Shown here: positions 27,917 through 36,064 of the stretch, piece by piece
Layout of the letters: each line of letters begins with the position of its first letter
Numbering within the stretch: position 1 is the first letter of the stretch
From: a virus
Taxonomy: Duplodnaviria; Caudoviricetes
DNA length: 49,644 nucleotides
IMG/VR virus record: IMGVR_UViG_3300017985_000026
Span: 1-49,644 of that record
Direction: 5' to 3' (one strand)
Position numbers and translations under genes: made by a program
Notes under the pieces: generated by a model
Seen by the model: only the letters and a program-made list of their open reading frames with translations
Database searches by the model: none
What the model was told of the DNA's origin: nothing

Positions 27917-28289
27917 TCTCTGTGTCTTCAGTTGGTTTTGGTTTTAATTGCTCTTCATAATATACTATAAGAGCTTTTTGTTGTTCTAAATATCTACGCA
28001 ATTCTGCTAAGTTTAATGACATATTTTCATAGCCAGGAACGCTCACCGCATAAAATACAAAGTCCCCATTTTCTTTTTCAAATCTTTCTCTAAACTCGTC
28101 AAAGTTTTCTGGAGTAACAACATACCATTCAACATCAAACAAAGATAATCCTTTAGGTCTTGCCTGTATTGGTATTTGTCGTTCTACTGTCTGAATTTGA
28201 GTTACAATTCTCTCTTTAGGTGCCATCAAAGAGCAACCTGAGACAAGAATACTACTCGTTACTAGTAGAAGTAATAGCTTCAAGTTCAT
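27906..28289 (-). CDS. Outer-membrane lipoprotein, o-spanin (Rz1-like)
   Basis: Signal peptide MNLKLLLLLVTSSILVSGC with lipobox; overlaps the upstream TM/coiled-coil gene. Confidence 0.75.
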   Translation of the reverse strand: MNLKLLLLLVTSSILVSGCSLMAPKERIVTQIQTVERQIPIQARPKGLSLFDVEWYVVTPENFDEFRERFEKENGDFVFYAVSVPGYENMSLNLAELRRYLEQQKALIVYYEEQLKPKPTEDTENAN

Positions 28290-28629
28290 CGAATATAGCT
28301 GCTGTTGCATTATTTACTCTCGTTTCTATGAGTCCAGGCTTTTGCATGGACAACATGGTTAAGTTATGTCTGCGAAGTTTTCCAATTAGTTCGTCTTGGT
28401 ATACTTCAGCTTCTGTTAATTGTGTCTGTAATTCCTCAACTCGTTGTTGAGTTTCCGCATTCTGTTCTACTAGGAGATCATATGCTTGTTTGTTAGCTTC
28501 AGCCGCTGTCTCTGCTCTTGCTAAATTAGCAGCAGCTAACTGTAATCTTTCTTGGGTATCTTTATAGTAGATGTAAGCACCGCCCAATGCACCAAGAATA
28601 AATAATAAAGGCATTAATCTAAATAACAT
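28252..28629 (-). CDS. Inner-membrane i-spanin (Rz-like)
   Basis: N-terminal TM MLFRLMPLLFILGALGGAYIYY plus coiled coil. Confidence 0.7.
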   Translation of the reverse strand: MLFRLMPLLFILGALGGAYIYYKDTQERLQLAAANLARAETAAEANKQAYDLLVEQNAETQQRVEELQTQLTEAEVYQDELIGKLRRHNLTMLSMQKPGLIETRVNNATAAIFDELEAITSTSNE

Positions 28630-28630
28630 A

Positions 28631-29227
28631 TTAACAATTCCATCTTCTTCTTGCAGCCTTACCTCTTTCTCCTGTCCAGCCTTTGGACCTTGCACAGAAT
28701 GACTTGCGTCTTTTAGCAGCTTTGCTACCAGGTTTTAGCTTGCTTGGAGGTGTAGTTACTGCGGTTTGTAGTTTACTTCCTGGGTTCTGACGTCTATATT
28801 TATCGACGCCTTTTTGTGTCAGGCCTGCGCCTGATTCTGTGGACCTTTTATGTCCACCTTTTTGTGTCATGCCTTCCATTCCTTTTTCTTCATGGAAGCC
28901 ACCTGCCATTTTGTTAAACATTTTAGCAGTTAGATCTGATTTTTTTGATGACTTATGTTTTTTAGCTTCAGATACAGATACGTTATCACCATCTACTGAA
29001 ACTTCTTTGGCATTGTTATCCCAATACTCACCACCATACGCACAATCTGAGCGTGTTTCTAGTTTCTTACACTTGGGGCAGTATTTAAGTTCTTCATCTT
29101 CTTTGACGCAATTGTTGACACGGACACCACCTTTAACTTTGGTGCCTTGTTTTTTGTAGCCGTCCCAACACTTAGGATCAAGTCTTTGTTTTTCTGCCTC
29201 TTCTAGCCACTGTTTGAAGTTTTGCAT
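28631..29227 (-). CDS. Putative internal head protein with CTS-like N-terminus and basic Cys-containing modules
   Basis: MQNFKQWLEE; CWDGYK...NNCVKE; KRRKSFCARSKG...ARRRWNC. Confidence 0.6.
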   Translation of the reverse strand: MQNFKQWLEEAEKQRLDPKCWDGYKKQGTKVKGGVRVNNCVKEDEELKYCPKCKKLETRSDCAYGGEYWDNNAKEVSVDGDNVSVSEAKKHKSSKKSDLTAKMFNKMAGGFHEEKGMEGMTQKGGHKRSTESGAGLTQKGVDKYRRQNPGSKLQTAVTTPPSKLKPGSKAAKRRKSFCARSKGWTGERGKAARRRWNC

Positions 29228-29534
29228 TTTTTAATTCCTGTATCTCTTTTCTTAATTCTTCTATTTGTTCTTGGAGTTCTGTAGCCCCTCCAGGAGCGAC
29301 TGGTGGGTGTGTCCACTCCTCCAATTTATCAATACGTTCTGCCAACAAAGGATAATCACGACGCCATTTAGCATCAGTCTTTGTTATATGTATATCGTAT
29401 TTATAAGAAACGTAATTGAGAAAACGATCTAATTTTTGTTGAAACCAAGTACCTGCCTTGGTTCTGAGGAACCACTCACCAAAAGATGAGCTGATTATAC
29501 CTGAGAGTATCGACTTTACTAAGAACCAGTACAT
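29178..29534 (-). CDS. Hypothetical protein with hydrophobic N-terminus and coiled C-terminus
   Basis: ORF coupled to neighbours. Confidence 0.6.
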   Translation of the reverse strand: MYWFLVKSILSGIISSSFGEWFLRTKAGTWFQQKLDRFLNYVSYKYDIHITKTDAKWRRDYPLLAERIDKLEEWTHPPVAPGGATELQEQIEELRKEIQELKNAKLQTVARRGRKTKT

Positions 29535-30157
29535 GAATGCTCCTTCAAGAAGGACTTGAAGCTATGGAAAACTTCTCCCTCCTTAAGTTGCATACCATGT
29601 CTCACAGCTTTAAATAATTTTTTAGCATGGGTTTGAGATGCTCTGTGATGTAGGCCACGTTTAAATGATTCAAAGTCATTATTAGCAGCGTGAGCTCTCA
29701 TTTTTGTGCCACTGATACCAGTAACACCGTCTGCATCAGGATCTCTATGTCCTGCTGAGACAACATTAATCTTTTTAAAATGATATTCTTTTCCAGGTCC
29801 GTTATACTTGTCTACAAGTCTTTGGAATTCATGTACTCTGTCAGATCCAGCAACCATTGTTACATGGGTGTATCCTTGTGAGTGCATGTTTTTTAGATGT
29901 GCTAAGAAGTGAGGACTCTCTTTACTAGAAGCCTCAAAGTTTACACCTGGGTGCACATGTTTTAGATAGTCTACTTTGTGATCGGAATGTAATGGATTCT
30001 TCTTAGAGTCCTGACTGTGGCTTACAATAACTTTATGATCTGCACCGTGTCCTCTTGCAACATCGTGTACAGCGTCAACTAACTTACTATGCCCAGCAGT
30101 AGGTGGGTTCATCCTTCCGAACGCAAATACCATATGTTTGTTTTTTCTAGCTGGCAT
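29519..30157 (-). CDS. Cytidylyltransferase-like (HIGH) nucleotidyltransferase
   Basis: FGRMNPPTAGH, KNPL, AGSDR, ISGTKMR. Confidence 0.85.
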   Translation of the reverse strand: MPARKNKHMVFAFGRMNPPTAGHSKLVDAVHDVARGHGADHKVIVSHSQDSKKNPLHSDHKVDYLKHVHPGVNFEASSKESPHFLAHLKNMHSQGYTHVTMVAGSDRVHEFQRLVDKYNGPGKEYHFKKINVVSAGHRDPDADGVTGISGTKMRAHAANNDFESFKRGLHHRASQTHAKKLFKAVRHGMQLKEGEVFHSFKSFLKEHSCTGS

Positions 30158-31335
30158 TATTTGTTCCCTTTAAGTGCGTCGCCTCTAGCAAAGTTAGCAG
30201 CACTAAACTCTTTTCTATCAACAAATTTAGAAGGACGGCCGCCTTTGTGTACAACAAAACCTTCAGGCTTCGTAGGCATTCCTCCAATCTCATGACCAAC
30301 GCTAGAATGGCTTGATAACGCGTCTGTTAAAATATCTTTTGCTTTTTGTAAGTGATGGTGCATTTTTAAAGCAGTTTCAATATGTCCTTTATCTGCTTTT
30401 ATTTTGTTTAGTGCAGCATCCCTTTTCTGTGTTCTGCTCTGTACTGCCTTTTCTAGTTTTACTTTAGCAATACCTTTGTCGTGTTTTAGTTTGTGATGAG
30501 CATGGAAGCCTTTATGAGAAGGATCCTCACCTGTTCTTACTGTATTGTTAATATATGTTTTAAGATGTTTTGAGTGTCCCATTACAGCCTCGTGCCCTTC
30601 TTTAGGCATCTTTTTGTAATGTTCCATAGCAGCTTTTACATGCTTCTGATACTCTTGTTGTGCTTCTAGAGGGTAGTGTGCCTTACTAATGTCATGATGA
30701 ACAGGCATCACGTGAACGTCTTCGTGTTCATTGTGAGTAATATCTGCACCGTGTTGTGCAACCATTTGATCGAGACTGTTACCAGTATATTTGGTATGAA
30801 TAGCAACACCAAATTTTGCCTTTAGAGCCTTCTTATAATCGTCCGAACCTTTTGGATGGTGGTATGTAATAGTGTTTGGTGTATACTCTGCACGATGTCC
30901 ACGATCCTTTACATCACCAGAGTGCATAATATCTGCCTGGTAAATGCCTTTGCCGTCGTGAATTTTGGGAAGGTGTTCTAAAGCAGCCTTGAGCTTTTGA
31001 ACAAGTCCAGGAGCATGTCCATGGTTCTTTTCAATATCAGCAGGCGTATAATTAATCTTAGGATTTTTGTTGAAAACAGACTTACTGCCTACAAAGAACT
31101 TTCCAGTTTTAGGATCTGTACCGTAAATAACTGCAGGACTACCATCATATTTTGTGGTAATTTTAGTGTCGTTTTTTTGTCCAGTTAGGTGTCCGTGTAC
31201 ATCATTTAGGGTGTGAAAAGCATGTGCAAATCCTTCTGCACCTCCATGCAAGACATGATCCTCTACATGTTCTAGATGCTTGAGTTTGTCTTCTTCAGCC
31301 GCTTGTTCTACTAGAAAACCCCTAAACTTCAACAT
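30157..31335 (-). CDS. DUF6267-like protein with ATP-dependent ligase / RNA-ligase motifs
   Basis: TTKYDGSP (I), FFVGSKS (Ia), IYQADIM (III), PEGFVV (IV), SKFVDR (V); N-terminal MLKFRGFLVE. Confidence 0.65.
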   Translation of the reverse strand: MLKFRGFLVEQAAEEDKLKHLEHVEDHVLHGGAEGFAHAFHTLNDVHGHLTGQKNDTKITTKYDGSPAVIYGTDPKTGKFFVGSKSVFNKNPKINYTPADIEKNHGHAPGLVQKLKAALEHLPKIHDGKGIYQADIMHSGDVKDRGHRAEYTPNTITYHHPKGSDDYKKALKAKFGVAIHTKYTGNSLDQMVAQHGADITHNEHEDVHVMPVHHDISKAHYPLEAQQEYQKHVKAAMEHYKKMPKEGHEAVMGHSKHLKTYINNTVRTGEDPSHKGFHAHHKLKHDKGIAKVKLEKAVQSRTQKRDAALNKIKADKGHIETALKMHHHLQKAKDILTDALSSHSSVGHEIGGMPTKPEGFVVHKGGRPSKFVDRKEFSAANFARGDALKGNK

Positions 31336-31368
31336 TATTTCTACTCTCTCTTAACAATTTATATTGTT

Positions 31369-31397
31369 ATTATAGCACATTTCATGCTAAATGTCAA
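31369..31397 (-). promoter_or_regulatory. Sigma70 promoter TTGACA-N17-TATAAT
   Basis: gcTTGACAtttagcatgaaatgtgcTATAAT. Confidence 0.9.
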
Positions 31398-31401
31398 GCA
31401 G

Positions 31402-31409
31402 TATTTATA
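31402..31409 (-). promoter_or_regulatory. T4-type late promoter TATAAATA
   Basis: Exact match just upstream of the sigma70 -35 element. Confidence 0.7.
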
Positions 31410-32127
31410 AGATTCTGGTATACGGAAACACTAATTTATTGGGCTGCGTACCCTTAAGAATGTTGAAATCAGGGAGTTCGTCTCTGTAGATTAGTTTCAT
31501 ATTTTTGTTATCGTATACCATTCTAGACTCTTGATCAGGATCAACATACATGTCTCTGCCACCCCTTTCAATTGTTAGAGTAATTCCTGTATTATTTTTT
31601 GTCGAAGCTGCTTCTAATCTTTCATGGAATTCTCTATCGCCATAATGCCAGCCTGTAAAAGATTCATCATAACCACCAGCGTCCCAATACGTTTTCTTTG
31701 TTGTTATAAACATATTGATATGTCCTGGACAAGGGACAAAATTCTTTTTGTGTCTGATATAAGCATTGAACATATAGTGACGTCCATCCTTAAATGCAAT
31801 ACGTCTTATACTTCCCACATCACAAGGATTGAGAGTGATATCCATATCTAAAAATAGAACGGGATCTGTAGGTGCATAAGTTGCAGCTAAGTTTCGACAA
31901 CCATGGGAGTTAAAACCAAGGTCCTCGTCTACTGTCCACAACTGTATATTAGGACCATATGGAAAATATGTTCTCTTTAAAATATCCAACGCAGGATATT
32001 TCTGTGATCCATCATCAACCACAAAAATCTCAACTCCAGGAGGATAGTCTTCCCAGAGTTGGGCTTGTTTTTCTAAAAGTTCAGGTTCCTCGTAATAGGA
32101 GTAGGCTATGGTTAGCCTTGGCTCCAT
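31405..32127 (-). CDS. GT-A fold glycosyltransferase (GT2 / GT7-C-like)
   Basis: VVDDGS, RNLA, FLDMD, GGYDESFTGWHYGD. Confidence 0.85.
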   Translation of the reverse strand: MEPRLTIAYSYYEEPELLEKQAQLWEDYPPGVEIFVVDDGSQKYPALDILKRTYFPYGPNIQLWTVDEDLGFNSHGCRNLAATYAPTDPVLFLDMDITLNPCDVGSIRRIAFKDGRHYMFNAYIRHKKNFVPCPGHINMFITTKKTYWDAGGYDESFTGWHYGDREFHERLEAASTKNNTGITLTIERGGRDMYVDPDQESRMVYDNKNMKLIYRDELPDFNILKGTQPNKLVFPYTRIL

Positions 32128-32134
32128 TTTATCA

Positions 32135-32488
32135 TCATTGAGGAATTTCCCCTGCGATTCCAGCCATTTCAGATCTAACATCGATTTGTGTAACATCCTC
32201 AGCGGGGAAGTCAATTGTTCCCCCTTGTTCTAATTGAAAGTTTTCTCCGTGTGTAAGAGAATTATTGCTATATAACTCAAACCCGATATAGGATTCTATG
32301 GTGTTATCAGAGATCCTACCTTCCAAGATGTGCATAAACTTTTTAACAGCATCTCCAATTTCAGGCCAAGTAGGTTCCTTTTCAAATCTTGCAATAATGT
32401 ACTCATTACAATCACAAGCCCTCCACATAGGGAGGTGGACATCTCCAAGGTTTTGCCAAACCTTAGTGCAGGCTACCAACTTTAGCAT
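32135..32488 (-). CDS. Hypothetical protein
   Basis: Likely start MLKLVACTK with GGAG SD; weakly resembles the gene at 39491-39967 (MKLVIWTQ). Confidence 0.65.
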   Translation of the reverse strand: MLKLVACTKVWQNLGDVHLPMWRACDCNEYIIARFEKEPTWPEIGDAVKKFMHILEGRISDNTIESYIGFELYSNNSLTHGENFQLEQGGTIDFPAEDVTQIDVRSEMAGIAGEIPQ

Positions 32489-32651
32489 TGTAAAACTCCG
32501 GTGTCTTTTCAATTTCAGTTAAATTAACATTGTATGTCTTTGCTAGTTTTGATGCCGTATCTTTCCAATAGGCTCTAAAACTAGGATCCAATGCCCTCTT
32601 GCTTGCCATAATACAGTTGGCAATTTTTCTTTTTGCTTGATCATTACTCAT
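32463..32651 (-). CDS. Hypothetical protein
   Basis: 62-aa ORF coupled to neighbours. Confidence 0.6.
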   Translation of the reverse strand: MSNDQAKRKIANCIMASKRALDPSFRAYWKDTASKLAKTYNVNLTEIEKTPEFYNAKVGSLH

Positions 32652-32827
32652 TATAATACTCCACTTCCAATTCTCTTTTCGAGAATTTCAATCATTTTTG
32701 TTTTACGCTCAGTCCATTTCTCTTCTGAGCGCTCCTTACCGTCCTTCATCTTCTTTGGGAAGAACTTTTGCTTCTTGAGATTCTCAAGAGCCACTTTACG
32801 ACGATTCGTTACATTACGCTTTTTCAT
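32651..32827 (-). CDS. 58-aa Lys/Arg-rich protein (MKKRNVTNRRKVALENLKKQKFF...)
   Basis: Hand translation; fills the gap exactly; GAGG SD. Confidence 0.6.
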   Translation of the reverse strand: MKKRNVTNRRKVALENLKKQKFFPKKMKDGKERSEEKWTERKTKMIEILEKRIGSGVL

Positions 32828-32830
32828 TTT

Positions 32831-33454
32831 CTATTCCTCAATGTTATAACCAAGTTCATTCATAACTTGAAAATCAAGATTTTCATTAATCAATTCTAAT
32901 GTAGACGGAGGAAGATACTCCATACTTAAATTTTTATCTACATCAGAATTTGATATTCCTTGTCCACTTATATATTGGCTAACATACTTTAAATTTTGTA
33001 CGTCTGTGCCTAATAAAAGATTTACCTTTTCAGCAATCACTGAAGGAAAATTTCTAAACTCTTCCACTTTTACAATCATACTATTTGATAATTTTTTAGA
33101 GAGTTCAAGATAACTTCTATTTTTTTGATTCCACATTGCAATGCTGTTTTCATAATCTTCTATTTGAAATTTTACAAAAGATTCTAAAGGGCGATCATGT
33201 GCTTCAGGGCAATGGAAATAATAGGGTTCACGGTGCATTGCCTGTATCCATGTGTACGGAGATCTAAAAGTAAAAACAAATAATGTTTTAGTGAGATCAA
33301 ATTTTTCCATCTCTGATAATGAAGGAGCTAAACGATGCTTCCAACCCAAATATCTGTAATCATGAGGGCGTAAATTAAAATTTTCTGTGAGAAACACTCT
33401 TACAGCATTTGTTCCTGTATGTCTTTCTCCAAAAATTTTACTAGTTTGGATCAC
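32831..33454 (-). CDS. Sulfotransferase-like P-loop protein
   Basis: FGERHTGTN, GWKH, FRSPYTWIQAM. Confidence 0.65.
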   Translation of the reverse strand: MIQTSKIFGERHTGTNAVRVFLTENFNLRPHDYRYLGWKHRLAPSLSEMEKFDLTKTLFVFTFRSPYTWIQAMHREPYYFHCPEAHDRPLESFVKFQIEDYENSIAMWNQKNRSYLELSKKLSNSMIVKVEEFRNFPSVIAEKVNLLLGTDVQNLKYVSQYISGQGISNSDVDKNLSMEYLPPSTLELINENLDFQVMNELGYNIEE

Positions 33455-33906
33455 CTTCTATCCTCATAACCAATTGTTGCTTCAACTACACGTTGACGTA
33501 AATCTGTACTACTAAAAGAATGTTTCCTAGTGTTATATATTACTTTGATAGGAAGTTCTTTTCCAGTAAAGGGTTTGTCTCTATATTCTTCGCCTATTAT
33601 ACGCACATTTATAGGTAATGTCAAGAGAAGATCTAATAAATCTTTCTCTGTATTATAAAGAACAATTTCGTCAATATACTTAACTGCTGCTAATTGAATT
33701 TGTCTTTCTACGACACTTTGTACGGGTTTATTCTTATCTTTTCTATCAATAGAAGGATCAATTTGCAAACCGACGACTAGATAATCACAATGCCTTTTGG
33801 CTTCTTCTAGCATTGTGATATGTCCTGCATGTAGTAAATCAAATGTACTACATGTAAAACCAATTGTCTTGTCAGCTAAGTCTTTATAGTTTAAAATCAT
33901 ACCCAT
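33451..33906 (-). CDS. Glycerol-3-phosphate cytidylyltransferase-like protein (TagD family)
   Basis: STFDLLHAGH, GLQIDP, KNKP, RKHSFSSTDLR. Confidence 0.85.
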   Translation of the reverse strand: MGMILNYKDLADKTIGFTCSTFDLLHAGHITMLEEAKRHCDYLVVGLQIDPSIDRKDKNKPVQSVVERQIQLAAVKYIDEIVLYNTEKDLLDLLLTLPINVRIIGEEYRDKPFTGKELPIKVIYNTRKHSFSSTDLRQRVVEATIGYEDRR

Positions 33907-34451
33907 TAATCATCTAAGGATTCAGACGCCCATTGATGCAAAATGTCGTCTAAGAAATCATGCCAACCATCATCATCAAAAATTTGATACTTTTTAGAAG
34001 GAATACGAAGCTGCTCTGCTCGCATTTTAATTAAATATTCCCCATCAACTTCTTCAACTTCAGAGACACCATTTGCCCATGTCCATACACCTACAAAGTT
34101 ATAAAACTCGTCAACGTATGTCATTTTTAGTTTTACGTCTGCATCAACTTCACTAAGATGCTCACCTAAAGTTTCCATAAACTGAAATGGAGCACACCAT
34201 GCCGAACAGACATGTACATACTCGTCAATTTCATCTTCATCGTATGCTTCTAAATTAGCCCACTTAGGACCAACGTTGTCATTCATCCAGCCATAAGACG
34301 CAAAATCTCCGTCCCACTCGGGCATAATGTTAGAGTATTCAAGTCCACACTCGTCAAGCCTTTTAACAGACTTAAATGCTTCGTTGAATCTTTTCGTAGA
34401 TGTTTTGTTTCCCTCTACAAAGGAAATATCACAGTAGACATGATTAGCCAT
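33906..34451 (-). CDS. Acidic hypothetical protein (YubB/Api92 ferredoxin-like motif)
   Basis: WMNDNVGPKW and SAWCAP motifs. Confidence 0.55.
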   Translation of the reverse strand: MANHVYCDISFVEGNKTSTKRFNEAFKSVKRLDECGLEYSNIMPEWDGDFASYGWMNDNVGPKWANLEAYDEDEIDEYVHVCSAWCAPFQFMETLGEHLSEVDADVKLKMTYVDEFYNFVGVWTWANGVSEVEEVDGEYLIKMRAEQLRIPSKKYQIFDDDGWHDFLDDILHQWASESLDD

Positions 34452-34453
34452 TT

Positions 34454-35284
34454 TTAACTCCCGTACAAAAGATTATTATCAAACATATGATTAAATTCCT
34501 GGGCAATATGCGAATGTATATCACTACCAGGGTGTAATAGGTCACGTGCTATTTGACCTACTTGGTCGTGATCGGAGTTATACTTTGCAGCAGTCATAAC
34601 ATATTTCTTTGTGAGAAACATATTACGTCTCCAACCATGATCTCCAAAGATGGGTGTATCCCAAGGTGTTTCCAAGAAATACAATCTAATACCCAAATCT
34701 TTTACCAAGTTCTTTATGGCGTCTAAGCATAAGCTTCTGTAAACGCCTTCTGTTCTTTCATTGTTTAAATATTCATTCCAGAAGTCTTTATCCATATCCC
34801 TCGAATTTTCTCCTATAATATGAGGAATAGAACCAGTATAAAACTCTGGACGCTTTTGTATAGGTTCTGCCATGTAGACAGCTTTAGGTTTAATTACAGG
34901 TAGCCATGACTTTAATAATCTGTAAATTGTGATAAATCCGGCACCTTGGCTACCTAGGTTAATAATGTCTCCTTCCTCTTTTAGGAAGTTAATCCAAATA
35001 TCTTCAAAACGAATTCCGTTTCCAAATGTAGAACTATCGCCAATACAAACGATAGGCTCATTAAACTCGTCCTCAAGTGACTTAAACATTCTAAAGCCTT
35101 GTTCATTTAGATCATACGTTAGATAGTCTTTTGTATAACCCATTCTGAGCAATTTTTCTTCATTACGAATCCAATTATCTTCACTATCAGTAGCAAAGAA
35201 ATTATGTACTTGCCCGCCCAACCAAGAGTTATCTTCTCCGCGGACTGCGTAAGGCTCGCCAAAATGTTTAGTACTTAGTTCCAT
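34454..35284 (-). CDS. SGNH/GDSL hydrolase-like protein
   Basis: IGDSSTFG, INLGSQG, DLLHPG. Confidence 0.7.
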   Translation of the reverse strand: MELSTKHFGEPYAVRGEDNSWLGGQVHNFFATDSEDNWIRNEEKLLRMGYTKDYLTYDLNEQGFRMFKSLEDEFNEPIVCIGDSSTFGNGIRFEDIWINFLKEEGDIINLGSQGAGFITIYRLLKSWLPVIKPKAVYMAEPIQKRPEFYTGSIPHIIGENSRDMDKDFWNEYLNNERTEGVYRSLCLDAIKNLVKDLGIRLYFLETPWDTPIFGDHGWRRNMFLTKKYVMTAAKYNSDHDQVGQIARDLLHPGSDIHSHIAQEFNHMFDNNLLYGS

Positions 35285-35292
35285 AGTGCACC

Positions 35293-35321
35293 ATTATATA
35301 GCCTTATAACTTAATTGTCAA
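35293..35321 (-). promoter_or_regulatory. Sigma70 promoter TTGACA-N17-TATAAT, probably giving a leaderless transcript
   Basis: TTGACAattaagttataaggctaTATAAT-ggtgcact-ATG. Confidence 0.85.
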
Positions 35322-36064
35322 GACTTTTTATTGAAAAATTTGTTTAACATCATACCCCACCAGTCATATTTTTCATGATATAAAACCGATCGAGGATTGT
35401 CGTGGTGGTTTCCGTGCCAGCCTTCTCCTGCTGAGATGAAACCTAGAAAATAATTGTTTGTTGCGCCTGGTACCATGTGTACCACTGATGTTAGATAGGC
35501 AAGTGTCATTCTTGATAGTCCAACCGGGACTAACCAAAAGTAAACTAATGCAAATGGATCAATTAATAGTAATACAAGAGCAAAGGTTATAATAACTAGC
35601 CAATAATATTGAACTTGCCATTTATAGAAAGGATCTGTGATAAGATGTCGTCCGTGAATGTATTTGACATCGTCTGTTAGATAGGGAAGAAAAAAGACAA
35701 CATTCCAAAAACCTTTATGGATTGGAGAGTGTGGGTCTTTTTCTGTGTCGGTATGAGCATGATGTGCAATGTGTTGTGCCACCCAATGAAAAGCCGGCCC
35801 TAAGCACATCATGTTTGCACACAAAGCAGTAAATCTCTTAAACCACTCTGGGCATTTGATTTGCCTGTGTGCTGCTATTCTATGATAGCCTGTAAAAATT
35901 CCAAAATTATTCCAAAGTACATACCCTATTGCAGCCATAGTCCAGTGAAAGGCTGTTCCGTTCATAATAAGAACTGGAATCAAAAATATTCCTAGAATAT
36001 TAATGTACTGTCCAATGGTAATGTGTAAATCTGAAGCTACACTAAATTTGAAAATGTTTTTCAC
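35318..36064 (-). CDS. Delta-9-type membrane fatty acid desaturase
   Basis: His boxes HRIAAH, HIAHH, WHGNHH; DPHSP; TM segments. Confidence 0.9.
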   Translation of the reverse strand: MKNIFKFSVASDLHITIGQYINILGIFLIPVLIMNGTAFHWTMAAIGYVLWNNFGIFTGYHRIAAHRQIKCPEWFKRFTALCANMMCLGPAFHWVAQHIAHHAHTDTEKDPHSPIHKGFWNVVFFLPYLTDDVKYIHGRHLITDPFYKWQVQYYWLVIITFALVLLLIDPFALVYFWLVPVGLSRMTLAYLTSVVHMVPGATNNYFLGFISAGEGWHGNHHDNPRSVLYHEKYDWWGMMLNKFFNKKS

